A program made the translations under genes and the position numbers. Shown one piece after another: positions 48,731-58,745 of a stretch of 64,000 nt of DNA (positions within the stretch are counted from its first letter, which is position 1; each line of letters starts with the position of its first letter). Below the pieces are notes generated by a model. The model ran no database searches, was not told where the DNA came from, and saw only the letters and a list, made by a program, of their open reading frames with translations. The stretch is from the IMG/VR virus record IMGVR_UViG_3300042481_000164, positions 1-64,000 of that record. One strand, given 5' to 3'. The DNA comes from a virus (Duplodnaviria; Caudoviricetes).

Positions 48731-50002
48731 TCAGAACAAATCAACAGTGAAATCAGAATCTTCTTCATCATCTGAAGAGCTAAAGTCTAATGAAAAATCT
48801 GGTTCTTCTTCTTTAGCTTTTTCTTCATTTGGTATTCTTATTAAAATATCATCAAGTGATAATTTTTCAGGCTCAGTTACTTCTACATTTTGCAATTGGT
48901 CTATCTTATCCTGGATTTTATCTAAGACAGCAGGCATTTCATCTAAAGTATATGTTCCAACTAAATCAGATGCATCAATGGTTGGTTCTTTAGGAGAAAT
49001 ATCTACTACAGGTGCTTCAAATGTATTTCCCGCAGGGTCTGTATAAACAACAACATCATCAACATTATCCTCAACAGCAAACTCATCTTCTGCTTCAGGT
49101 TCTTCTACAGGAGGAGGACACACAGCCATTTCTTCTTCCTCAATAACATCAAAGATGGTTATTTGATTAGGATTCGGAATGTCTTCTGATGCTTCTGGAC
49201 CCTTTTCTGGCCCTTGTTCTACGGCTTCTACTACTACTTCATCTTCTACAGGTGTAACAGGAGCTATTGCAGCTGTGGTAGTATGTTTAGGAAACTTGTA
49301 AATGCTATCAATAAAATAGTGTAACACTCTTTGATCCTCCATCCAAGTTCTAGGATGTGATTGTTGTAAAGCAATAGTGACACTGTTATAGAAAGCCCAC
49401 AAACTATCAGGATTACTGAAGGATTTCATAGGTCTCTCAATATAGTTCCTTACAATACTAGCTTGTTCTGTAGTTAGGATACCATACTCAGCAAATAAAA
49501 TTCCCAAGATTTGAGCCTTCTTTCTTTTGTCCAGAGTTTTATCAATCATCTCATTCTTATCGGACACCATTTGATTGTAATACTGGTGAGCATTTTGAAT
49601 CTGCTCATCAATATTTTGTTTTGTCTCAACATCTGCAGTACCCATGTGTTTTCTAATCCACACTCCCATTTCTCCGGATACCATCACAGTACTTGTAGGT
49701 TCAATATAGGCACCAACAAGACACTTAAACTTGATTTGCTTATTGTAACTATTTGTCCAAGCAAACATCATGGACAATTCAGGATCATTATTATACATCA
49801 ATTTATGTACACCTTGAGCAATCTGACCATCTGCAGTACATCTGTATTCTTCTAAAAGAATCTCAAATCCTGCTGCTGTTAATGCTTGATGTACATAATC
49901 AATCACAAATTGGTGACTGATTACAGTATAGGTAGAACCATGTTGTGGTAGCGGCACATTAATTAAATGTGCTTTGCTACACTCGCTAATTTTCTTTGGC
50001 AT
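48731..50002 (-). CDS. DUF932/DUF945-like protein with long acidic disordered C-terminus
   Basis: VPLP...YTVISH...FAWTNSYN...RKHMG...SLWAFYNSVT pattern; last ~180 aa E/D/P-rich. Confidence 0.55.
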   Translation of the reverse strand: MPKKISECSKAHLINVPLPQHGSTYTVISHQFVIDYVHQALTAAGFEILLEEYRCTADGQIAQGVHKLMYNNDPELSMMFAWTNSYNKQIKFKCLVGAYIEPTSTVMVSGEMGVWIRKHMGTADVETKQNIDEQIQNAHQYYNQMVSDKNEMIDKTLDKRKKAQILGILFAEYGILTTEQASIVRNYIERPMKSFSNPDSLWAFYNSVTIALQQSHPRTWMEDQRVLHYFIDSIYKFPKHTTTAAIAPVTPVEDEVVVEAVEQGPEKGPEASEDIPNPNQITIFDVIEEEEMAVCPPPVEEPEAEDEFAVEDNVDDVVVYTDPAGNTFEAPVVDISPKEPTIDASDLVGTYTLDEMPAVLDKIQDKIDQLQNVEVTEPEKLSLDDILIRIPNEEKAKEEEPDFSLDFSSSDDEEDSDFTVDLF

Positions 50003-50004
50003 GA

Positions 50005-51990
50005 CTAAAATAATTTTAATTGAGTAACTACGGGCTCAAGAGACTGAATCTCTTTGTTAATTTTATCTAAGTAATAGCTTAGATTAATACCATATTCTTC
50101 AAATGGCTTTTCTACATGTTTTACATAAACTGTTTGTAACCAGCGTCCAGCTTCTATCTGAATCTCTCTGTTATCGGCACGGTTACATTTTATAATCTTA
50201 CTACCACTAGTAGAGATATAATACCTCAAAGTATCTTGTAAATTAGTTTTTGTATAATCACCCATTAATACCTGATGCTCTACAAATTCCCAATTCCCTT
50301 TGATTTTAACACCACCACAGTAATCAAAAATATTTTGTTCTGTAGCAAGATAATCTTCCGGCTTAATTCCATGTACAAAATACATAAATATAGCCTTTGG
50401 AATAATCAAGCAACTTTTGTTCTTATGAAGAGCTAGGTTAGCAAACTCAAACCTACCTTTAGACTTAGTAGCTTTGACAAAATACTCACCATTTACTTCT
50501 TCATATACATCATAAGGAACCTTTTTCTTGAGCTCCTCATAGACTTCCTTATCCACTTTTTTACTTTCGGTAACTGCAATATAATTATTCACATCACCCA
50601 GAATTATCCTACTGTAGGTATCATGCTCAAGTTGAAGATTAGTTATCTTCTCCCATCTAGCGCATATTTCCATATACTTATCATAATACTTTCTTGGAAT
50701 CATAGTCTCCAGACCATCTGTATTTTGCATTAAAGGCATAACATCAGGTATCTCAAGACAAATCATCTCATACAGCATCATCAGACTTAGCTGACCATTA
50801 ACAGTAATCCTCATAGTAAATTCAGGATCATACAGGAAACTATTCTCATCATTACTCAAACCATAAGTTGAGTTCAAGATGATCTTATATACATAGTTTT
50901 TAGGATCTTTCTTACTTATCTTTTTTCTTTCATCAAAGAACCATTCATACAGCTCACAAAATTCTTCTTTAGGAAGATGTAAGGGTGCCCATTTATTTCT
51001 AATAGCCAAGTTTGGATAGTAACTTACAACATCTGAAGACATGATAACCATTTCTTCATCTGATTCATATACTCCAGATACTTTAGCACCATGAACACCG
51101 CCCAGACCAAAGTCTGTTTTCACGCCCTTATATTGCACAGAATATTTAAAGCCTCCTTTTGTGTGCATAGGATTTAATACAATCTCCTTAAATCTATTAA
51201 GTAAGTTTTGAAATGTTGCAGTCTCAAACTTTGTATAAGGTAGAATTATATCTTCAAATCTAATCTCAGTTCTATATGTTCTGAGTTGTTTGAGGTCCCA
51301 TTTTTTGTATCCGGTTTTTTCACTAAGAAAATAAAGGAACAATTCTTTAGAAATTCTTGGCTCAGAAGCACTGAATAAATCAATGTTATACTCTATAGTA
51401 AGATTCTTTCTTAAATCAATCTGACTCTTAGATAACATTAGGATAGCTTTAGTTGACCTAACATCATTAATACAATAAGTAATAACTGTATCAATCTGAT
51501 CAGCTGTTATCTCTTTAGTATGATGTATTGGCATATCAACTATGTTTTCCCAATCCATTGTGTACTGAATCCATTTTAAAGAACTTCTCTTTGCAGGGTT
51601 ATCCCAGTGATTTAACTTAAACAAATCAATCTGACTTATAGACATTTTAGTAGGTTTAAATTCAAGGAACTCACCATTATTTTGTCTATTAATTACATCT
51701 TGTGCTTTACTATAAATAAACCTTGCAATTTTATCACCACTACTGGCTAGTAGGGTTCTTTTATTTTTAAGAATATGTTCTGTTATTTGCGCATCAAATG
51801 CTAATCCATTAAAGCTTATATGCCATTCATTATAGGCAATATTGTGTTCTAAAAATGTTATAAAATCAAAGATATCATTTCTGGATTCATGGCACACAAA
51901 TATTTTTTTATTCTCAGATTTTACATCCTCAAAGACTCCAATGAAACAATTCTTGAGTGTTTCATAGTCCATTACATAGTTGGTTTTCAT
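50005..51990 (-). CDS. polB: family B DNA polymerase with 3'-5' exonuclease
   Basis: Exo motifs DYE, FNGLAFD and YCINDV; polymerase motifs DVVSYYP, KIILNSTYG and NTDG. Confidence 0.9.
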   Translation of the reverse strand: MKTNYVMDYETLKNCFIGVFEDVKSENKKIFVCHESRNDIFDFITFLEHNIAYNEWHISFNGLAFDAQITEHILKNKRTLLASSGDKIARFIYSKAQDVINRQNNGEFLEFKPTKMSISQIDLFKLNHWDNPAKRSSLKWIQYTMDWENIVDMPIHHTKEITADQIDTVITYCINDVRSTKAILMLSKSQIDLRKNLTIEYNIDLFSASEPRISKELFLYFLSEKTGYKKWDLKQLRTYRTEIRFEDIILPYTKFETATFQNLLNRFKEIVLNPMHTKGGFKYSVQYKGVKTDFGLGGVHGAKVSGVYESDEEMVIMSSDVVSYYPNLAIRNKWAPLHLPKEEFCELYEWFFDERKKISKKDPKNYVYKIILNSTYGLSNDENSFLYDPEFTMRITVNGQLSLMMLYEMICLEIPDVMPLMQNTDGLETMIPRKYYDKYMEICARWEKITNLQLEHDTYSRIILGDVNNYIAVTESKKVDKEVYEELKKKVPYDVYEEVNGEYFVKATKSKGRFEFANLALHKNKSCLIIPKAIFMYFVHGIKPEDYLATEQNIFDYCGGVKIKGNWEFVEHQVLMGDYTKTNLQDTLRYYISTSGSKIIKCNRADNREIQIEAGRWLQTVYVKHVEKPFEEYGINLSYYLDKINKEIQSLEPVVTQLKLF

Positions 51991-52310
51991 AATACAGTAT
52001 GCCCAGCAATAGCCATTAAGTTAACAAATTCTTCTACAGTTTTCTTACCAACATTATGATATTTTAAGAAGTTTTCTTTGGTAATATCTGTAAAATAAGA
52101 TAATTTTTGATGTTCATTATACCAAACACAATAATTAGGTTCATGAAGTGCATGAAATAGATTAGTGCTTATATACTCAGCTAAATCTATTAAATTTGTA
52201 TCAAGAGTAAGGTTAAGTTCTTTAAATTTTTCAAACTTTAGATTCTTTTGTTGTTCTTCATATGCTTTAATAACCTTTAAAGCATTTTTATAACTTCTTT
52301 CTGTTACCAT
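51987..52310 (-). CDS. stand-alone RNA polymerase alpha-CTD-like protein
   Basis: ISTNLFHAL...ITKENFLKYHNVGKKTVEEF resembles the alpha-CTD pattern LS.R...L...DLLK.RN.GKKS..E. Confidence 0.6.
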   Translation of the reverse strand: MVTERSYKNALKVIKAYEEQQKNLKFEKFKELNLTLDTNLIDLAEYISTNLFHALHEPNYCVWYNEHQKLSYFTDITKENFLKYHNVGKKTVEEFVNLMAIAGHTVL

Positions 52311-52346
52311 AAGATTATTCAGTTAAGCTGTCTCCCCTGTTTAGTT

Positions 52347-52377
52347 AAGAAACAGAGTGCCACTGATGACACTCTGT
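52347..52377 (-). terminator. rho-independent terminator
   Basis: ACAGAGTGTCA-TCAG-TGGCACTCTGT-TTCTT on the minus strand. Confidence 0.65.
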
Positions 52378-52385
52378 GACATCAA

Positions 52386-52766
52386 TTAATTAGCAGCTGG
52401 TTCTGCAACTTTGTCCATGAAAGACTTATAGTCAAAAGTTTTTGCATTAGTAGCAAAAGTATGTAACAAGTCTTCAATAGCAACTCTATCTTCAACATAG
52501 AACTCTTGGAATACTTCAATTTTGTTTCTCTCTTCTTTGAAAGTTCTTCCATTCATTCTTTGTTTACATGGAATTGGGTCACCCAACTCATTTAATTTTG
52601 GCAACATGTGCAAACTTTGTTTTCTAATTTTTGATATGATTACAAACACTTTTGTAGCCGGGTCAAAAATACATTCCACATATGGACACTCTTCCAAAAT
52701 AGGAATTAGTCTAAAAGTTTGTGTTTCATTCCATGTCGCTTGGACAATCATCATTGAATTCTTCAT
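52386..52766 (-). CDS. conserved-looking phage hypothetical protein
   Basis: 126-aa ORF preceded by a TAAATTTG promoter-like element. Confidence 0.65.
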   Translation of the reverse strand: MKNSMMIVQATWNETQTFRLIPILEECPYVECIFDPATKVFVIISKIRKQSLHMLPKLNELGDPIPCKQRMNGRTFKEERNKIEVFQEFYVEDRVAIEDLLHTFATNAKTFDYKSFMDKVAEPAAN

Positions 52767-53364
52767 AGGTATTTAAATTATTAGTTAACAAATTTACTGC
52801 AGATTCTTCTATACATCCTAAATTAGCTATCTCTAATTGTAGAGTTTCTTTAGCTAAGTCTGGTTTAGTACACAATTCTCCTACAGATTTAAGTAGTTCC
52901 ACATCAGTATTTAGCAATTCTGCATACTGGTTATAGTATTTTTCAGGATACAAATAACTTTTTATGTATTGAAAATTACCGCTTTGTGGATCAAAAAAGT
53001 TTAAAATTTTGGCTTTTAAATTCAGATTTATTTTACTATACTTTCCCTTCAGAAAATTCTCCCAATCATTACTTAAATCAGAAAACTCAAATGTAAACAC
53101 ACTAGTTTTTGAGTCAGCTTTCACATAACCAAATAATCTAGCATGTTTAAGTAAGATAGATTTTACAAATACATCAAAAGTATTTGATCCATCATTTTCA
53201 TACACACATACAAGTTTCATATCCTCAGAGGATGTAGCATTTTCTTCCCAAGCAACATAAGTTGCTTTAGGAACATATGCTGCGCCTCTTTTAATTCCCA
53301 GGAGCGGATATATAAACACCTGGGATTTTTGGAAATACTTCCTATACACTGAATTTAAAGCCAT
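52726..53364 (-). CDS. hypothetical protein
   Basis: 212-aa ORF in the replication operon. Confidence 0.65.
   Translation of the reverse strand: MALNSVYRKYFQKSQVFIYPLLGIKRGAAYVPKATYVAWEENATSSEDMKLVCVYENDGSNTFDVFVKSILLKHARLFGYVKADSKTSVFTFEFSDLSNDWENFLKGKYSKINLNLKAKILNFFDPQSGNFQYIKSYLYPEKYYNQYAELLNTDVELLKSVGELCTKPDLAKETLQLEIANLGCIEESAVNLLTNNLNTYEEFNDDCPSDME
52780..52796 (-). promoter_or_regulatory. TAnnTTTG promoter element (TAAATTTGTTAACTAAT)
   Basis: Same TAnnTTTG-TTAA core as 2821 and 29287; lies just upstream of the ATG at 52766. Confidence 0.5.
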
Positions 53365-53369
53365 AACAC

Positions 53370-54392
53370 CTACAATTTTACATTATTAACTACTAATGAG
53401 TATGGTAGGTCATATCTTCTATTGTCATAGTGCCATCTAACAGTTTTCACTATTTCATTAAAAGACTCCTTCCATTTTTCTAAAGTCTCTTGACTAACTT
53501 GAAATGGATACACTTGATTGTACTTATCAATAACAATAAATGTTACTTGAAATTTCCAATTAAGCTTATCTTCTCTGTTAGCAAGATACTTGTTGCTTGC
53601 AAGAATAGTATAAATAACGGCTTGCATCCAATACTTATAATACTCTACAGATTCTGGAAAATCTTGAATTGCTTTAGATGTTGTTTTGAGGTCATTGATG
53701 AATATAGTTTTAGATTCAGAATCAACAACCACATGATCTAATACACCATGAAAACCAAAGCTTAATTTAGGGTTATCATACTCTAAATGCAACTCACTCT
53801 GGATAATAAGGTGATCATCTTCAGGAGACCTATCTAATTGTAATAAAGCTCTGACATCTTTATTGCTTCTTAGTATCTCAATTTGTGCTCTGCAGCCACT
53901 CAGAGTTTCTTGATCCACAACTGTTTTACCAATACTGTTTTTCAAGAAGTCAAAATAAGTTTTGTTCTCTTCTGTAAGAATCTTATCAAGTCTTTGCTGA
54001 TCTGTTTTGAGAGATTGGTAGAGATTAGCTGTGAGAAGTAGGTTGAGAATATCTTGGGAGTAGTCTTCCAAAGATAAGGAACTATTTCCAATTGACATGT
54101 GAATCTTAAACAAATCACTGATAATTTTTCTTTGGCTATCTGTAGGCATCTTGCCAGGTAACTCTAAAAAGTTTTCATCAAACTTTTCTTCTTCAAATAG
54201 TAGACAATGCAGAACGCGCCCTGCAACTAGGTGCGCGTCTGTAGAGTCCTCTCTTTGATTTAAAACATAATGGTTGTAAAAAACTACCGGTGAGAATAAT
54301 AACTTATTTATTCCACTGTAGCTAAAATAAAACTTCTTCTTATAGAACTTCTCAAGCTCTTCATTAGAACCAATCAATTTCTGACTCTCCAT
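53370..54392 (-). CDS. PD-(D/E)xK exonuclease (Cas4/RecB-like, recombination)
   Basis: FSYSGI...GRVLHCLL...HGVLDHVVVD...INDLKTT...YWMQAVIY. Confidence 0.8.
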   Translation of the reverse strand: MESQKLIGSNEELEKFYKKKFYFSYSGINKLLFSPVVFYNHYVLNQREDSTDAHLVAGRVLHCLLFEEEKFDENFLELPGKMPTDSQRKIISDLFKIHMSIGNSSLSLEDYSQDILNLLLTANLYQSLKTDQQRLDKILTEENKTYFDFLKNSIGKTVVDQETLSGCRAQIEILRSNKDVRALLQLDRSPEDDHLIIQSELHLEYDNPKLSFGFHGVLDHVVVDSESKTIFINDLKTTSKAIQDFPESVEYYKYWMQAVIYTILASNKYLANREDKLNWKFQVTFIVIDKYNQVYPFQVSQETLEKWKESFNEIVKTVRWHYDNRRYDLPYSLVVNNVKL

Positions 54393-55728
54393 TTTCTTCT
54401 GTTGTTGTTGGGTTAATATCTAATTGTTCTTCTGTATCTGTAATAGCCTCAGTTGTATCTTCTACAAACGGTAAGAGTTCTTCTTCTCTTACTGTTTCTA
54501 TTACTCTTACTGTTTCTTCAGATTCAGAAATTGCATTTACATCTTCTAATAAAAAAGATACTTCTTCTTCAATAACTTCTTCAGTTACACTTTCTATGTT
54601 TAAACTTTCAGTGTTTACAACTTCTTCTTCAACAGTTTCTTCTTCTACTACAACAGGTTCAAAGTCCTCAATTATACCATATGTATAGTTTTGATTTAAT
54701 AATTGAAGTAGATTATCACATACAGTTATTGTTTTTACTTTAAAATATCCACTATCCCCACGTTGCATAATTTCTTTATTATAGTGTCTCATTAAAAGAT
54801 TTAACTTATCAGCAGTCAACACATTGAAAGAAATTAAAGACTTAACCACATCATCTAACTCAGTTGAGAATCTATATTTATTTTTATTTATCATAGAACA
54901 TAAACTTTTAAAGTTTACATGGTTTCTTGTATGACACTCATACATTGTGTAACTATGTTCTTTAAACAACATTTCTAAGAAAAGTAAACTTTCTACAATA
55001 TTTGAATTAGCCATAATTTCCATAGCCAAAACATGATTGTCTCTATCACCACTCTCAAACATGTTTTTTAATTGACCAAACATTTCATAATCAATAATCA
55101 CATTCTTTGAACTGATTGCAGCAATTAAACCTGATACATCATAAATTGTTTTTGTTTGTAAAAGCTCAACTTCTTCAATAAAATCAGGATGAACTTCATA
55201 AAATGATTCAGAATCATCATAATTAGTAGGTAAATCAAGTTTTTTCTTATTTACAAGATCTCTTAGTTCATTAACTGTGTTCCAATTATAATAAATTTTA
55301 CATTCTTCTTCACCATGCAAAGTAGTATAGGCATCTATTACATCTTTTAAATCTGAAATTTGTGTAGGATCAATATAAAAATATGAACTTAAATAAGGTT
55401 CTATTTTACTAAACTCACTTTTACTTAAAGAATAGTACCAACTTGTACCATTATTAGTTTTATAGTATTCATGATGTGTTTTAGCAGAAGCAAAAATATA
55501 ATTAGCAGTATTAGCATCTCTTACACTTTTTGTTCCATATTCATCATTGAAGGCTTTAAGTTTTGTTCTAGGTAATTCAACACCAGGTAATAAATATAAC
55601 TTATCTCCTTTAGTAGGGGTATAATCAATATCTACAAGATTAAATAATTTTTCTGTACAAGGTATTAAATGTATAAGTTTATGAGACAACTTACCCTGAC
55701 TTATGCTTACAAAAATTTTTGCTATCAT
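54364..55728 (-). CDS. hypothetical protein with BRCT-like N-terminus, shared helical domain and acidic tail
   Basis: LYLLPG...KSVRDANTANYIF (BRCT-like, weak); MFESGDRDNHVLAMEI motif shared with 58329..58733. Confidence 0.55.
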   Translation of the reverse strand: MIAKIFVSISQGKLSHKLIHLIPCTEKLFNLVDIDYTPTKGDKLYLLPGVELPRTKLKAFNDEYGTKSVRDANTANYIFASAKTHHEYYKTNNGTSWYYSLSKSEFSKIEPYLSSYFYIDPTQISDLKDVIDAYTTLHGEEECKIYYNWNTVNELRDLVNKKKLDLPTNYDDSESFYEVHPDFIEEVELLQTKTIYDVSGLIAAISSKNVIIDYEMFGQLKNMFESGDRDNHVLAMEIMANSNIVESLLFLEMLFKEHSYTMYECHTRNHVNFKSLCSMINKNKYRFSTELDDVVKSLISFNVLTADKLNLLMRHYNKEIMQRGDSGYFKVKTITVCDNLLQLLNQNYTYGIIEDFEPVVVEEETVEEEVVNTESLNIESVTEEVIEEEVSFLLEDVNAISESEETVRVIETVREEELLPFVEDTTEAITDTEEQLDINPTTTEENGESEIDWF

Positions 55729-55737
55729 TTTTTTAAT

Positions 55738-55771
55738 ATAAAAGAAGATAGGGGAATAATCCTCCCCTATC
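55738..55771 (-). terminator. rho-independent terminator
   Basis: GATAGGGGA-GGATTAT-TCCCCTATC-TTCTTTT on the minus strand. Confidence 0.7.
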
Positions 55772-55821
55772 CCGGTTAATAATTAAGTTAACTTTTTTTA
55801 CAGGGAACTGAATAGTCCTGA

Positions 55822-56991
55822 TTATTTAACAGACATCTTTACTACATTAGCATTCATCATCAATGGAGCAAATTTAACCTTGTTACCATTGATTAATTCT
55901 TTGATGACATAGTATCTCAAGTCATCAGTAAAAGAATCACATTCAGTAGTTAATTTGATAATTCTATCAGTCATTGCTTTAGTAACAGGATTCTTCTCTG
56001 CATGAGTCAAACCATAGTTAACAATTCTTGTTGCAACTACACTAGATAAATCAGCACGGAAGTCATCACCTTCTCCTATAGCATGTTTAAGTGTGTTTAA
56101 CACATACTGCTCATCTTTCTCAAAGATATCTTTAGGACCAATAATCTTATCTAGTTTGTTATTGATAAACATAGTAAACATAGATGCAAAGTCAGGACCT
56201 ACAGAACCCTCACCAATCATTTGAATAATTGGTAATTGTTTAGAGAAATCTTGAATAGAACTGATAGAGTTAAAGAATGTAGTAATCATCCTTGGATTAA
56301 TTCTTTGAGAAACTAACTCAGGATTCATCAATAAGAAGTTAATACATCTACTATCTATTTGAGACTTCTCAGCCCATTTAGCCCATATACCTGCATCAAA
56401 TTTTACTTCTGTAGAAATAAATCTGGTCTTTTGAGCAATATCTAAAGAAGTAACATTATAATCACCATTGTCTGGATTAGTAGTTAACAAGATATGCCAG
56501 TTCTTAGGTAATTTCCAAGAAGCATATGCTTGCTCATCAATCAAAGTCATGGTAGCTTGCATAAATCTGTGGTCAGCTCTGGTATAGTCATCAAGAATCA
56601 AGAATCCACCTTCTTTCTTACCCTGAATCCATTCAGGAGCAGCATGTGACATTCTTTTATTGATTACTTTGTAACCTTTCTTCATTGCTGCATCAATCTG
56701 ATGCTCATTAATCCAGGTAGTTTTACCTTCTGCATTTGAAATCTCAAATTCTTTAACAGGAAAACCTACTAAATCACCCAATTCCTCAAACTCTGCTAAG
56801 TTTAATCTAATAATATCCATGTTAAGCTCTGCAGCTAATTGTTTTACTGATGAAGTTTTACCCAAACCTGCATCACCCTCAATATTAACAGCTACAGGTA
56901 CTTTACCTAAGCTTTGAATGTGTTGGTTATTAACAACCATATACTTTACGAAATCTTTTAACTCATCTAGGTTTAATTGAACTTGGCTCAT
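55822..56991 (-). CDS. MoxR-like AAA+ ATPase
   Basis: GDAGLGKT Walker A; LILDDYTRA Walker B; TTNP sensor; adjacent to a vWA gene. Confidence 0.85.
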   Translation of the reverse strand: MSQVQLNLDELKDFVKYMVVNNQHIQSLGKVPVAVNIEGDAGLGKTSSVKQLAAELNMDIIRLNLAEFEELGDLVGFPVKEFEISNAEGKTTWINEHQIDAAMKKGYKVINKRMSHAAPEWIQGKKEGGFLILDDYTRADHRFMQATMTLIDEQAYASWKLPKNWHILLTTNPDNGDYNVTSLDIAQKTRFISTEVKFDAGIWAKWAEKSQIDSRCINFLLMNPELVSQRINPRMITTFFNSISSIQDFSKQLPIIQMIGEGSVGPDFASMFTMFINNKLDKIIGPKDIFEKDEQYVLNTLKHAIGEGDDFRADLSSVVATRIVNYGLTHAEKNPVTKAMTDRIIKLTTECDSFTDDLRYYVIKELINGNKVKFAPLMMNANVVKMSVK

Positions 56992-57011
56992 AACTTTTCT
57001 TTTTTAATTTT

Positions 57012-58322
57012 TTATAACTCTAACTTAATAACTTTGCCTGGTAATGCTGTGTTCAGATGTGATCTTTCAGATAATACCCACAATACTTTGCCTTTTGGCT
57101 TTATACTAGTGTAACACTCACCATCAGTAAAATATATCAAACTTGTATACTTTCTGATGTTAGCATCATAATACTCTAGGACGGGATCAAATTCAGTCCC
57201 ACCTCTACCTACAATGTTCAAATCATTCTTGCCTTTATAGGCTTCAATGCTTTTGATTTTGGTGTCACATTGTATGATAGTTATATCTACTCCAGTTTTA
57301 TGAATGTGTTGAATCTCATTCATGAATTCTTTAAGCTCATCATTACTTACTGAACCTGAAGTGTCAATGGCCAACAAAATATGCTGACGCATTTTAATTT
57401 TTAGACCTGGAAAAGCCGGAAATCTTTTGTTTTCCTTTCTCTGAAGTTTCTTGGTAAATACTTTTGTACTTGTACCAGTAAATCTTCTGACATAACCTTT
57501 CCAATCAAATTTTTGTTTTACAATTTGTTCTACTTTTATCAAATCTGACATCTCACCAGGAACAGTACCTCTTTTCTTTTCAGTCTGGTCTTTAGCTTCA
57601 GTAAGAATTCTTTGAATTTGGCGGTCCATAAGCTTTTGCTCTGTCTCACTAATATTATCAAATTCTTCCCATGTATCATGTTCAGAGCCTGTACCCATTC
57701 CTTGTTCCATTTGGTCAAGTAATTGGTCAAGGGCTTCAGAACCTGAACTACCTGTTTGCTCTTTTTGCTCCTGTGCATCCTTCAGCTTCTTATAGTAGTA
57801 TTTAGTACCTGCTTTTCTATCAAGGTTTAACTCATGATAATCATCAATAATTATACCTCTCATAGGTATTTTAGCTTCAATTTGTTTCAATTCTTCTTCC
57901 GTAGAACCAGAATCTTTGGCTTGTTTATATTCAGCCATTACAGTCTCTTTAAGAGCTGTATATTCATCTGTGGTATATTCACCACCGGGTAACCATGTAT
58001 CTTCTATATACTGGTTAATCTCCATGTCCATTGCAACATTGGCCATTCTCTTATCAGCATATCCGTGATAAGCTGTTAAGTGTCCAAAAGCAATATGTAA
58101 CAATTCATGTTTCATGATACCCAACCTATGTTGGTCTGTAAGTGTATTGACCCAGAAATTTTCATTTATGGCCAATTGGTAGTTAATACCATTCTTGCTT
58201 ACACCTGCTGTCGGAATATCATCTCTCCAATGCTTATTCAGCTGTATTAGAAAATAGCCATAATATGGCTCTTTAAGCATAAGGTCCTTGATGGCCTTGC
58301 TTAGTAAATCTACTTTATTCAT
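57012..58322 (-). CDS. metallopeptidase-vWA protein (DUF2201-like)
   Basis: KHELLHI HExxH; AIDTSGS MIDAS; GRGGTEF; YFTDGE. Confidence 0.85.
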   Translation of the reverse strand: MNKVDLLSKAIKDLMLKEPYYGYFLIQLNKHWRDDIPTAGVSKNGINYQLAINENFWVNTLTDQHRLGIMKHELLHIAFGHLTAYHGYADKRMANVAMDMEINQYIEDTWLPGGEYTTDEYTALKETVMAEYKQAKDSGSTEEELKQIEAKIPMRGIIIDDYHELNLDRKAGTKYYYKKLKDAQEQKEQTGSSGSEALDQLLDQMEQGMGTGSEHDTWEEFDNISETEQKLMDRQIQRILTEAKDQTEKKRGTVPGEMSDLIKVEQIVKQKFDWKGYVRRFTGTSTKVFTKKLQRKENKRFPAFPGLKIKMRQHILLAIDTSGSVSNDELKEFMNEIQHIHKTGVDITIIQCDTKIKSIEAYKGKNDLNIVGRGGTEFDPVLEYYDANIRKYTSLIYFTDGECYTSIKPKGKVLWVLSERSHLNTALPGKVIKLEL

Positions 58323-58328
58323 AAGCCC

Positions 58329-58733
58329 TTACTTTTTTACTATTTTCAGATCTCCTTTAAATTCAAAACCAAATTTTTCAAGTTTAGTTTTTACAGTTTC
58401 TACATACATTTCAAAATAAAAAATTATACACTCATTGTAATCAGGACAAACCTTAAAGTATTCTATAACATTAAGTACTTTCTGTTTATCAGTAAAGCAC
58501 ATAGAAAAAGTATAACCTAATTCTATGTATAATACTTTATGAAATTTAGTTTTTTCCCAATAAGCTTCATTTTTACCAGAAAAGATAAAAACCATAAAAA
58601 TCCAGAACATATTCTCTTCAATGTCTAAAGAGTCAATAATTGTATGTGCTAAATAAGAATTAGTTTCATCAGGAGAATTAATCATTGCAATCAGATTCTT
58701 ACATTCTTCTTTTCCAAATTTTACTTTTTCCAT
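58329..58733 (-). CDS. hypothetical protein sharing a motif with the 454-aa protein
   Basis: MINSPDETNSYLAHTII aligns with MFESGDRDNHVLAMEIM. Confidence 0.6.
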   Translation of the reverse strand: MEKVKFGKEECKNLIAMINSPDETNSYLAHTIIDSLDIEENMFWIFMVFIFSGKNEAYWEKTKFHKVLYIELGYTFSMCFTDKQKVLNVIEYFKVCPDYNECIIFYFEMYVETVKTKLEKFGFEFKGDLKIVKK

Positions 58734-58745
58734 CAGTCTTTTTTT

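Noticed and set aside
48571-48771. 66-aa minus-strand ORF from the track
   Set aside because: It runs through a terminator hairpin; the 46-aa lipoprotein in another frame explains the region better.
29496-51990. Inteins or introns in the RNAP or PolB
   Set aside because: ORFs are uninterrupted with no HN-C/S/T splice junction or LAGLIDADG blocks; the terminal Cys residues are not in an intein context.
53370-54392. Cas4 as a sign of a CRISPR system
   Set aside because: It lacks the Fe-S cysteine cluster and any cas context; it is an ordinary phage recombination exonuclease.
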